DNA of 64,000 nucleotides from Planctomycetota bacterium (GTDB taxonomy: Bacteria > Planctomycetota > GCA-002687715 > DRQF01), in the NCBI GenBank assembly GCA_047639315.1, contig JBLINQ010000003.1, positions 10,452-74,451 of the forward strand, in the 5' to 3' direction. The notes under the pieces were generated by a model, which had not been told where the DNA came from, did no database searches, and saw only the letters and a list, made by a program, of their open reading frames with translations. The position numbers were made by a program, and so were the translations under genes. The first letter of the stretch is position 1, and the number at the start of each line of letters is the position of its first letter. This document shows, piece after piece, positions 26,296 through 35,264 of the stretch.

Positions 26296-27990
26296 ATGAG
26301 CACCGAGAAGCAACTTTCTCCATCAAAATCTCCGTCACGGGCTCGCCGGATAGCGATCTTCTTGTTGTCCGTGGGGTTTGCTGTGATTTTTGGCGAGGTC
26401 TTTCTCCGGTTCGTTGAACTACCTTTCGTCGAGCCCCGAGATTTTGTCGCTGGCGATGACTCCAATCGTGCGTTCGAATTCGATTTTGAGACGATGTGGC
26501 GCTATCCATTTGACCCGGTCGAAAAGTGGGGGCTAGCCGCGGCAGACGAATTCAGCAATCGGTTTGGCTGCCGAGGGTACGAGCCTGCCGAAATCAAAAT
26601 GTCGAGCGATCTCCGGGTCATCTGTGTCGGCTCATCGGGTGTCGCTGGGTTCGGCTTGCCTCTTGGCTGGGCTTTTCCATCCTATCTCGAGCGCAAGCTT
26701 CAGCAGAAATACCCTCGAGCTCGAGTCGAGACAGTGCTTTGTGGGATTGCTGGCTATTCATCAGAACAACAGAGGGCTCTTCTCTTTGGGCGGCTGAAGG
26801 ACTTTCGGCCCGATCTCGTCGTGTTTTTGACCGGGACGCACAATGACTTGGCGCCTGCACCAGAACGAAATGATCAAGAGAATTTGGATCGGCTACGTCC
26901 GGGGTTCTCACGCACCCTGGACCTGCTTCGATTTAAATACAGTTTCGTCAATCGGATGGTCTCGTCAACCCCCACGGTTGAGAGAGAGGGCGCTGGAGAC
27001 ACGGCCCTGTTACGTGTTCCCCTGCCACGCTTCAAAGACAACTTGGATGCGATGTTTGGCTGGGTCAAAGATCAAGGGGCGCAATCCGTCGTCATTGTCC
27101 CGTCGACAAAGGACGTGAAACCGATGCGGTTGGTATACCGGGATGTGGTCACCGATGAAGCGCGTGCGCGGGGCATCCCCATCGTTGATATGGCCCAGGC
27201 GGCGCCCCAAGCCGGCGATTGGTTGGATGCCCTCCATCTGACCCGAAGCGGTCACGAATCTTTGGCGAACTCCATTTTGGGTGTTGTCTCGAGGGAGAAG
27301 TTGTTGGCGCCTAAAGAAAGCAAGTGGTTGGGAAACGCGCCCGACTTTCAGCTATTGAGCGTCGAGCCAAGATCGGTCGTTGTCGGTGGCGCTCGCCAAG
27401 TCACGCTCCAGCTGGACGGCATAAGCGAATCAGAATTGACTCGAATTTGGTGTGCGGGCCAGCTGGTGACGTTTTCTTGGGAAGGATCGGGCAAAGTTCG
27501 ATTGCTACTGCCCCGGCTCATGCCGATTGAGACCGCGGCCATCGAAGTTGTGACAACCAAAGGTGCACGCGTTTTCGGAAATGCCTTGGAGATCTTGCCG
27601 CCGGAACTTGCTGTCGAATTTATCGATGCAGGCGACGATGTGCGAATCGAATTCAAAGTCGTTATGCCGGAATCAACGGAAATTGCCATCACGGGGACGG
27701 TCGCACCCAAAGAGCAATCCACCTCGACGGCAGCCGGCCCAGTATGGCTGGCTTTAAGCGATACTTGGACGCCAACAAACGCCAATCGTCGAACGTTCTT
27801 TGAAGACACAGTTTTTGCCCGTGGCCAGTCTTTCCACCAAGGCCTTTGGCTCACGTCTTGGGTTGGCAAGCGAGAGATCCCCCCGGGTACGCGCCTCGTT
27901 TTCCAGGGGCTTCTCGGCATTGTGGCGCCAGGGAATTTTCAACCTGTGAGTGTCACCAAGCCCTTTTTCTATACGGTCCCACCAAGATAG
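26296..27990 (+). CDS. membrane-anchored SGNH/GDSL-like hydrolase with C-terminal beta-sandwich domains
   Basis: The N-terminal TM helix is IAIFLLSVGFAVIFGEVFL. Block I-like VICVGSSGVAG, block III-like VVFLTGTHND and block V DALHLTRSGH are present. Confidence 0.65.
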   Translation: MSTEKQLSPSKSPSRARRIAIFLLSVGFAVIFGEVFLRFVELPFVEPRDFVAGDDSNRAFEFDFETMWRYPFDPVEKWGLAAADEFSNRFGCRGYEPAEIKMSSDLRVICVGSSGVAGFGLPLGWAFPSYLERKLQQKYPRARVETVLCGIAGYSSEQQRALLFGRLKDFRPDLVVFLTGTHNDLAPAPERNDQENLDRLRPGFSRTLDLLRFKYSFVNRMVSSTPTVEREGAGDTALLRVPLPRFKDNLDAMFGWVKDQGAQSVVIVPSTKDVKPMRLVYRDVVTDEARARGIPIVDMAQAAPQAGDWLDALHLTRSGHESLANSILGVVSREKLLAPKESKWLGNAPDFQLLSVEPRSVVVGGARQVTLQLDGISESELTRIWCAGQLVTFSWEGSGKVRLLLPRLMPIETAAIEVVTTKGARVFGNALEILPPELAVEFIDAGDDVRIEFKVVMPESTEIAITGTVAPKEQSTSTAAGPVWLALSDTWTPTNANRRTFFEDTVFARGQSFHQGLWLTSWVGKREIPPGTRLVFQGLLGIVAPGNFQPVSVTKPFFYTVPPR

Positions 27991-28041
27991 GCCTCCTGGT
28001 CTCAGAAATTGCGTCGATCCGACCTTATTGCTCAAGAATGC

Positions 28042-29730
28042 ATGTTCATGCACCCGATAGGGTTCTTGGAGAACCATACCGGGAAAAGGAACCGTATCGT
28101 GCGAAAATCAAAGGTCTCCTTGTGCATGATTGTACGAGATGAAGAATCCAATTTGGATCGTTGTCTACGTGCGGCAAAACCATATGTCGATGAGATGTGC
28201 ATTGTCGATTCGGGCTCGATTGATGGCACGGTTGGCATCGCGAAAGCCCATGGGGCTAAAGTTCAAAAGATAGATTGGCCCAATGACTTCGCGGAGGCTC
28301 GCAATGTCTCGTTGGAGATGGCGACCGGGGATTGGATCCTGGTTCTGGATGCGGATGAGGTCTTGCGTTCCGGTGCGGAACAGGAGTTCGGGGCCATAGT
28401 TGACGATCCCGATATCATCGCGGGTTTTCAGAATGTCACCAATCACGGGGATGAGGGTAAGCAGGTCAGTTGTCTGATCATGCGCCTGTTCCGCAATATG
28501 CCCGACCATCGTTTTGTCGGCGCCATCCATGAGCAGGTGATCACTCCCATTCTCGACAATGGCGCTCGAATGAACATGCGCGTGGTCGGCCGAATCCTCG
28601 ACATCGATCACTACGGTTACACCGAATCGGCCCGTCAAGAGAAGAACAAAGATGAGCGGAACCGGGTCCACTTCGAACACGGACTCGAGAAAGAGCCCGA
28701 GAACGCTTACCTGTGGTTCAAATATGGCGACTTTCTGCGCCGCTTCGATGACATGAGTGCAGTACTCACGGCACTCAAGAACGCCGTCGATATCGTAGCG
28801 AGAATGCCGGACGCCGAAGTTGTAACTTTGACTTATGCAGCTGAGCCCCACGCGCTCCTTGCTCTTGAGCTGATCAAGCTTGGCCGTGTGGAGGAAGCGC
28901 ATGCAACGATGGTGGCTGCCCGGAAGCGAACGCGTGTGACGCCGATGCTTCACTGGGTTTGGGGCCACATCAATTTAAAATCGCAAAACTGGCAAGAGGC
29001 GAAGGACGCTTTTGAGGCTTGCCATGCCCTCGACAATCAGTCGGTTCACGTGCCGGCCCAACCTGGAATCACGAGTGGACGTAGTGTCTTTGGGATTGCT
29101 CGAGCTCTCTTAGGCATGGGACAGAAAGAGGAGGCTCTTGCCCTTTTCGAAAGTGGTGCCAAGTCGTGGCCCGATTGTGGTGACCTGCAAAAAGCTCAAG
29201 CGCGAGTCCTCATTGCTCGAGGCGAATACAAAGGTGCTATGGAAATCTGCATGGCCTTTTTGAAGGACGATGAAACCGACGCTGAATTCTGGCAAATCGG
29301 CGCTGAGATGATGATGGAGTTGGGGCTTTGGGATCAGTCTCATACTTGGTCCGGCCGAGCCCAAGCCTGCAAGTGTCCGGAAAATTCCGGCTTGTGTGAC
29401 GGCACCGCCGGCGAATTATCATTCGGCATGATGGCCTTAGAAGTGGCCGCAGATCATTGGGCCAGGAGTCCCGACAATCCGGTTTGTCAGGCCGGTCTTG
29501 CACTGATCCACGTGATGGTCGCCGAACCGATCCCTTCCGACATCGATTTAGAATCTCCCGCAATCCATTATGGGTTCAGCTGTATATTGCGCCGCCTTTT
29601 GCGAGCTCCTCAAGGAACGGGGGTTGCCGCACAGATCGGTGCTGGTTTGGAGATTCGGCAAATCACTCATGGGGGCGTTCAGGGGCTACTCCAAAGACAC
29701 ATGGTGGGTTTATTAACTCCGATTGCTTGA
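28042..29730 (+). CDS. family 2 glycosyltransferase fused to TPR repeats
   Basis: SLCMIVRDEESNLDRCL, VDSGSIDGT and DWILVLDADE form a GT-A DxD-type signature. The C-terminal half is a helical repeat region. The first in-frame ATG is at 28042. Confidence 0.8.
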   Translation: MFMHPIGFLENHTGKRNRIVRKSKVSLCMIVRDEESNLDRCLRAAKPYVDEMCIVDSGSIDGTVGIAKAHGAKVQKIDWPNDFAEARNVSLEMATGDWILVLDADEVLRSGAEQEFGAIVDDPDIIAGFQNVTNHGDEGKQVSCLIMRLFRNMPDHRFVGAIHEQVITPILDNGARMNMRVVGRILDIDHYGYTESARQEKNKDERNRVHFEHGLEKEPENAYLWFKYGDFLRRFDDMSAVLTALKNAVDIVARMPDAEVVTLTYAAEPHALLALELIKLGRVEEAHATMVAARKRTRVTPMLHWVWGHINLKSQNWQEAKDAFEACHALDNQSVHVPAQPGITSGRSVFGIARALLGMGQKEEALALFESGAKSWPDCGDLQKAQARVLIARGEYKGAMEICMAFLKDDETDAEFWQIGAEMMMELGLWDQSHTWSGRAQACKCPENSGLCDGTAGELSFGMMALEVAADHWARSPDNPVCQAGLALIHVMVAEPIPSDIDLESPAIHYGFSCILRRLLRAPQGTGVAAQIGAGLEIRQITHGGVQGLLQRHMVGLLTPIA

Positions 29731-29870
29731 GACTTCGCGTGGGCCGTGACTTTACCCAAGTGCCTTGGGAGGTTAGCCTCATAGCTGAATGACCTCTTCG
29801 TCCGAGCGTTCTTGTTGGATAGAGCCAGTACGACGCCTCGGTGATCGCAGAAGAAGAGATAGGGAGCAAG

Positions 29871-30632
29871 ATGCGGTTCGCGGTAATATCGGATTTACAT
29901 AGCAATATCGAAGCTCTCACCAATGTCCTTCAAGACATTGATGACCGAGGAATAGATCCGATTTATTGTCTTGGCGACGTCGTCGGCTACGGCCCTGATC
30001 CTCGTGCTTGCATTGACCTTGTTCGTGAGCGTTGTGCTTTCTGCATTCGAGGAAACCATGACGACGCTTTGTTCACGGGACCAGATCGCTTCAATCCCTA
30101 TGCTCGCCACGCCATCGAATGGACGAAGACTCGGCTCAAGCCCGGTCTTTTCAAACCACGATCCAACAATGACCGCTGGCAATTTCTTGAAGAACTCCCT
30201 CTCGATTTGAGACTCGGTGATCACTACTTCGTCCATGGTTCTCCGCGAGACCACGTCAATGAATACATCTACCGAGAAGACGTGTTTTTTAACGCCGACA
30301 GCAAGCTGAAGACCATTTTCAAAAGTGTCGATCGGTTACTGTTTGTAGGCCACACCCATCTGCCGGTAATCATCTCTGACGACATGAAAACTTTGGTGCC
30401 GGAAGAGGGCAAGCAAGAGTTCAAGCTCGACCCAGACCGCAAGTACATCATCAACGTTGGTTCAGTTGGTCAGCCGCGCGATCGCGACAGTCGGTCGTGC
30501 TATGTTGAATATGACAACGACGTAATTCGTTATCACCGTGTCGCTTACGACATTCAAAAAGTGGTCGACAAGATCAACGCCAATCCATCCCTTGATTCTG
30601 TTCTCGGTTCACGCCTCCTAGAAGGCATGTGA
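29871..30632 (+). CDS. metallophosphoesterase (calcineurin-like; YfcE/MJ0936-type)
   Basis: Motifs ISDLHSN, GDVVGYGPDP, RGNHD, VHGSP and GHTH appear in canonical order. ATG at 29871 with AGGGAG upstream. Confidence 0.85.
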   Translation: MRFAVISDLHSNIEALTNVLQDIDDRGIDPIYCLGDVVGYGPDPRACIDLVRERCAFCIRGNHDDALFTGPDRFNPYARHAIEWTKTRLKPGLFKPRSNNDRWQFLEELPLDLRLGDHYFVHGSPRDHVNEYIYREDVFFNADSKLKTIFKSVDRLLFVGHTHLPVIISDDMKTLVPEEGKQEFKLDPDRKYIINVGSVGQPRDRDSRSCYVEYDNDVIRYHRVAYDIQKVVDKINANPSLDSVLGSRLLEGM

Positions 30633-30687
30633 CTCTTGGCTCTTTCCTGCTCTTCAGTGTAGAAATGAGCAAGAGAGAGGTGGTGAC

Positions 30688-32199
30688 ATGCCGACCATTG
30701 AGCTGATCAGAAACGAAAAAATCGTCAGGCAATTTACGCTCACAGACGTTCCGTTCATTGTCGGTCGCGAGGAAGGTTGTGACCTTGTCCTTCAAGACGA
30801 GTGGATTTCTCGCCGTCATCTTGCCCTTCGACCGATGGGTTCAGGTCAATGGGAAGCCGTCGACTTGGGCTCTGGCAATGGTTCTTTCATCGGCTCAGAA
30901 CGCATTCAGTCAACGATTCTCGCCCATGGCGACATGGTTCGGCTTGGTAGCTCCCTGCTTCGTTTTCACCATGAACAGGCCAAGCCAAAGTCCATTGATT
31001 TGTCACGTCCAGCGGCGGTCGAGCTTCATCTATTGAGCCAATTGGCTCGGGCCCTTGCCGAAAACGAAGGGCTCAAAGCCGAATTGGCAGTCCTGGCCAC
31101 TGCGTCAAGGTCAGGTCAAACCGTTCCGCAGGGTCGAGTTGGGGCCCTTCGCAACTCCATTTTGAACCCGCGATTGCTAATGCATTTCCATCATCCTCAC
31201 GGGCGAGTTGGATCAGCTTTGGGAAGGGCGCCAAAGGAACGTGGGGTCTTGTTGCGTCCGGTTTTCCTCGGATTGGGGAGGATTGGCGACTCATTGGGCC
31301 GAGCCCTCCATCAATTAGGGCGGACTCGGCTTCGGGTTGTCTTGGAATCGATGGTTCCGGCTCATCGGATCAAATCTCCCGCAAAAATCGTTTTGCGTCC
31401 TCAAGTGGACGTTTCCCCCCTTCCCCTGGTCGACGACTTGGCCTCGGGGGTCGATTCTCTCGGACTGTGGCTCAGTGGAGAAACGCAGCAGGCCAGCGAT
31501 CTCTTCTTGATGCTCTCTGTAGATCTTTTTGGTGCCGGTAACCACGCATTAAGTCTCTTGAGAGACTTTATGAGCAACCTTGATCAGGCGCTTGGAGGTG
31601 AGGGTACTGTCCGTAAACACGCGATTTTGGTCCAAGATCAATCTGATGAGACGGTCGACCTGATGTCCTGGCGCACATTGATTGACTCAAGCCTCCTGAC
31701 TTCCGTTATCTGTGTCGATCGACAACGAGTCGCAGGATTTGGGTCGGACAAACACAAGGCACCGATGATGACCGTCGCAGGTACGATCGAGAGCGCCCAG
31801 CGGTTAACTTTGCACGAGCCAGTCCTTGGGGCCTGGCGCGAAGAACATCTTGGCGCTTTTTTCGACCAAGAAGGATTCACCACCTTCGGCTGTAGTGCCA
31901 CCGACGATTTGGAAGATTTGGGCCAAGCGATCGAGGATTTGCGCAATCAGGCCCTTTTTCATGCAGGATTTGGCTGTGGTATGGCGCGTAGTTTTTTTCT
32001 GCTCGCGGTCGTTGGTTCCGGCATTCCGGGTGCAGTCCCAGATCTCGCTGAGCAGGTGAAAGTCGGTTTGGAGGGAATCCACGACCAGTGGCCTCAGGCG
32101 AACGGCAATTTGGCGGTCTACATCGATTCTGCCGACTCAATTCGCCTTTTCGTGGGACTTAGCGGGCAAACAAAGTGCCAATTTTCCTCCCAAACGTGA
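30688..32199 (+). CDS. FHA domain protein with coiled-coil linker and a C-terminal domain that by eye resembles a degenerate FtsZ/tubulin fold
   Basis: The FHA domain reads FIVGREEGCDLVLQDEWISRRHLAL ... DLGSGNGSFIGSERI. The C-terminal collinear landmarks versus FtsZ are detailed in the findings. The FHA call is secure; the FtsZ-like call is a hypothesis. Confidence 0.85.
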   Translation: MPTIELIRNEKIVRQFTLTDVPFIVGREEGCDLVLQDEWISRRHLALRPMGSGQWEAVDLGSGNGSFIGSERIQSTILAHGDMVRLGSSLLRFHHEQAKPKSIDLSRPAAVELHLLSQLARALAENEGLKAELAVLATASRSGQTVPQGRVGALRNSILNPRLLMHFHHPHGRVGSALGRAPKERGVLLRPVFLGLGRIGDSLGRALHQLGRTRLRVVLESMVPAHRIKSPAKIVLRPQVDVSPLPLVDDLASGVDSLGLWLSGETQQASDLFLMLSVDLFGAGNHALSLLRDFMSNLDQALGGEGTVRKHAILVQDQSDETVDLMSWRTLIDSSLLTSVICVDRQRVAGFGSDKHKAPMMTVAGTIESAQRLTLHEPVLGAWREEHLGAFFDQEGFTTFGCSATDDLEDLGQAIEDLRNQALFHAGFGCGMARSFFLLAVVGSGIPGAVPDLAEQVKVGLEGIHDQWPQANGNLAVYIDSADSIRLFVGLSGQTKCQFSSQT

Positions 32200-32406
32200 T
32201 CAGAAATCGCAGGAAAAGTGACGATTTGATTTGTGCCTCCCAAACGAGGTTAAGTTCAATAACAGTCCGGGCCGAAGCTCATGATGGGCCAAGGTTTAGC
32301 ACATCAAGGCTTGACAGCAGCCGTCCGAATCGACAACTTAGATCGTCACCAGGGATACGGCTCGGCTCGCCGTCCACCTGAAGGTGAGTTTGGCACGGAG
32401 AAGAGA

Positions 32407-33504
32407 ATGGCAGAAAAAGTCGAGATTGCGGTCGAGACCCATGTCGGCATGGTCCGCGCAGAGAATCAGGACCACTTCTGTGTCTTGCCTGCGAAGGGCT
32501 CCGCCGACGAGATGTCCAAGGGTCACCTCGTAGTCGTCGCAGACGGAATGGGTGGTCACACGGGCGGCAGTATCGCAAGCCAAACAACCACCGGGGCGAT
32601 CTTGGAGGCTTTTGACTCTTCCAAGATGGAAACCATGCGGGACCTGCTCGAGGAATCTGTCCTCGCAAGCAATGAGGCCGTCAAAGCCAAACAACAAAAG
32701 AACATTCAGTTGAAGGATATGGGCACCACATGTGTGGCCGCCTTGTTCCGCGGATCGGCCCTTATGGTTGCGCATCTCGGCGATTCACGGTGTTACATGC
32801 ATCGCGGCGACCAGAATGAGCAAGTGACTCGTGATCACACCTATCTGAATGAACTGATCGATATCGGTTTGCTGACAGAAGAGCAGGCTGAAGGTCATCC
32901 CGACAAGAATATCATCACGCGCTGCGTCGGAATGTCGACCAATCTTGAAATTGACTTCAACCGACGAACGCTTGAGCCCGGCGACATCATCTCCATTTGC
33001 AGCGATGGCCTGAGCAACTTTGTGAGCATGGACGAATGTGGCGAGGTCGTCCGAGAACTTGCTCCAAAAGAAGCCTGTCTGAAGTTGATTGAAATGGCCA
33101 ATGAGCGTGGCGGTGACGATAATATCACTGTGGCCGTGATCCTGATCCACGAGCTGCCGCCGGAAGATAAAGATCTTCTCAGGCGTGACGAAGAACAAAT
33201 GCTCCTTTGCAACGCGAAAATGACACCTATCATTAAGCGTGACGACCTTAACTTGGACGACTCCGAAGCAGATACGGCGAAGGGACACCCTAGGCCGAAC
33301 ACGTCGAATCGGAAGTCTGAACAAACCGGGCGTTACGATGTTGCGTTCTTGGAGCCCGGCGAAACGTCCAAGGTAAATCTCACAGCAGAGACGGTTACCG
33401 GCTTGGGGCAGAACAGTTCAAATGCAACCGCAGGCTGGTATTGGGTGATCGGGGCAGAGGTTCTTCTTTTGATCGTTCTCCAAATGATGATTGGCCAGTA
33501 CTAG
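32407..33504 (+). CDS. PP2C-family Ser/Thr protein phosphatase with C-terminal TM anchor
   Basis: ATG at 32407 with GGAG upstream. Motifs RAENQDH, VVADGMGGHTGG, GTTCVAAL, AHLGDSRCY, CSDGL and GGDDNITV are present. The C-terminal TM helix is WYWVIGAEVLLLIVLQMMIG. Confidence 0.9.
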   Translation: MAEKVEIAVETHVGMVRAENQDHFCVLPAKGSADEMSKGHLVVVADGMGGHTGGSIASQTTTGAILEAFDSSKMETMRDLLEESVLASNEAVKAKQQKNIQLKDMGTTCVAALFRGSALMVAHLGDSRCYMHRGDQNEQVTRDHTYLNELIDIGLLTEEQAEGHPDKNIITRCVGMSTNLEIDFNRRTLEPGDIISICSDGLSNFVSMDECGEVVRELAPKEACLKLIEMANERGGDDNITVAVILIHELPPEDKDLLRRDEEQMLLCNAKMTPIIKRDDLNLDDSEADTAKGHPRPNTSNRKSEQTGRYDVAFLEPGETSKVNLTAETVTGLGQNSSNATAGWYWVIGAEVLLLIVLQMMIGQY

Positions 33505-33512
33505 TTTCTGTG

Positions 33513-33546
33513 GCGTAGTTAGGTAGGCCCTAACTGCGCTTTCTCT
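33513..33546 (+). terminator. candidate rho-independent terminator after the PP2C gene
   Basis: An 11-bp stem GCGTAGTTAGG / CCTAACTGCGC (one G-U pair) with a 5-nt loop is followed by TTTCTCT. Confidence 0.5.
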
Positions 33547-33645
33547 ACCAAGGATGGTGGGGAAGTGAGCCATGCTCAGGCATGGCAAGGTTTAGCGAAG
33601 ATGATATTTTGTGCACCCAAGAGTGGTGCCTAATCGGACAGATTC

Positions 33646-35247
33646 ATGATCGGCACCAAGGTCGGAAAATACTTGATAAGCAAGGAGATCGGCGACGGCG
33701 GCCACGCGTTCGTTTTTAAGGGCGAAGGCGATGGGCAAGTTGTTGCGATCAAGATGCTCAAGCCAAGTGTTGCCGATGAAGATAATCTCGAGCAGAGATT
33801 TGTTCGTGAGGCCCAGGCTCTCAAGCAGCTGAAGCACCCGAGCATTGTCCAGTTCGGTGATTACCATTTTCAAGACGGTTACCACTTCCTGATTCTTGAA
33901 TACATGGATCAGGGCTCGGTGGAAGATCTGATCAAGACCATGGGTGCCGTGGCACCTCGCTACGCGATCCCGATCTTTTACAGTGTCCTCGATGCGATCC
34001 AATACAGCCATGACCACGGCTATATTCACCGAGATCTCAAACCGAATAACGTTCTCATTAATTCTGAAGGTCAGGCAAAACTCACCGACTTTGGCATCAC
34101 CAAAGTCGTTGGCGGCAAGAACCTGACACAACAAGGATTTGTGTTGGGCACGACGGTTTACATGGCACCCGAATACCTGACACAAGGTATGTGCAATCAT
34201 CAAACCGACGTCTACGCTCTTGGTGTCACATTCTATGAAATGCTGACCAGTCGGAAGCCTTTTGAATTCCTTCGGGAAGACGAACCGCTTCGAGACTTCG
34301 CTCTTCGTGTGTGCCAAGGAACGGCTACACCGCCGTCTTCCTACCGGCCGATTCCGGCTCAGCTGGAACGAATCGTCCTCAAGGCACTCGCTCAGAATCC
34401 AAAAGAACGATACAAATCCGCCAAGGAATTCCGCAAAGACCTTGCCAAGCACTTCCCTGAATTTGTGAAGCGCGACATCGTCATCCCGTCGGGACGAGCG
34501 ATGACTCGTTACGTCAAGATTGACGACTTTGTCACTGATGGTAGTTTCGGCGGAGCCGGTGGGGCTTCAAAGAATGGTCTGAGTGTCGGCGTTCGAGCAG
34601 CGATCGCCATCATTGCATTCTTGGTCATTTTTGGGATGACTTATCAGGCGCCGGCCTGGTTCCCAAATGAACTGGGAAGCACGGCACAATCCCTCGTATT
34701 CAGCGTTGGTGGCGGTGTTGGTTTGCTGGTCGGGCTCATCTTGTTCTTCATGTTGCCGCGTTCGCGCTCAATGCAGCCCAGCCTTGCTGGTGGCGGTGCC
34801 GCTGCTGCGCCTCGCCAGGAGATAGAAAATTCAGATTCCTCGATTGGTGCCGAAGAGTCTTCGATCCCAGAGTTCGATATTGAGGATACCATTCCATTTG
34901 CTGACAACTTCCACAGCAATAAACCGGCGGCCATGTCAGAGTCGTCCGAGCTGAATGCGTACTTAGAAGTCATCAGTGGCCCAGACAAGGGCCGGCGGTT
35001 TGGCCTACGTCCAGTGAGCCGGATTGGCCGTGATTTGCGTGTTGATATTCGACCTCATGACCCTGAGATCTCACGTCACCACACAGCCATCACTTTCAAC
35101 GGGCATGGATTCACAGTCGAAGACCTTGGTTCGACCAATGGTTCTTTCCTCAATGAAGAACGAATCATCGACAAGGAAGCCTTGCACGATGGCGACATCT
35201 TGCGCTGCGGGTCGAGCTCCATGCGCTTCGAATCCCAGAAGAAGTAA
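33646..35247 (+). CDS. Ser/Thr protein kinase - two TM helices - C-terminal FHA domain
   Basis: Kinase motifs are GDGGHAFVF, VAIKMLK, HRDLKPNNVLI, DFGITK and YMAPE. The TM helices are AAIAIIAFLVIFGMTY and LVFSVGGGVGLLVGLILFFML. The FHA domain reads SRIGRDLRVDIRPHDPEISRHHTAI ... DLGSTNGSFLNEERI. Confidence 0.9.
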   Translation: MIGTKVGKYLISKEIGDGGHAFVFKGEGDGQVVAIKMLKPSVADEDNLEQRFVREAQALKQLKHPSIVQFGDYHFQDGYHFLILEYMDQGSVEDLIKTMGAVAPRYAIPIFYSVLDAIQYSHDHGYIHRDLKPNNVLINSEGQAKLTDFGITKVVGGKNLTQQGFVLGTTVYMAPEYLTQGMCNHQTDVYALGVTFYEMLTSRKPFEFLREDEPLRDFALRVCQGTATPPSSYRPIPAQLERIVLKALAQNPKERYKSAKEFRKDLAKHFPEFVKRDIVIPSGRAMTRYVKIDDFVTDGSFGGAGGASKNGLSVGVRAAIAIIAFLVIFGMTYQAPAWFPNELGSTAQSLVFSVGGGVGLLVGLILFFMLPRSRSMQPSLAGGGAAAAPRQEIENSDSSIGAEESSIPEFDIEDTIPFADNFHSNKPAAMSESSELNAYLEVISGPDKGRRFGLRPVSRIGRDLRVDIRPHDPEISRHHTAITFNGHGFTVEDLGSTNGSFLNEERIIDKEALHDGDILRCGSSSMRFESQKK

Positions 35248-35264
35248 CTCCTTCCCCTGCCGGC

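Noticed and set aside
28165-28968. 267-aa ORF on the minus strand
   Set aside because: It lies entirely antisense within the GT2-TPR gene, whose frame carries clear family motifs. It is a typical shadow ORF with no motifs of its own.
33592-34452. 286-aa ORF on the minus strand
   Set aside because: It is antisense to the kinase domain (VAIK, HRD, DFG and APE all lie on the + strand). Shadow ORF.
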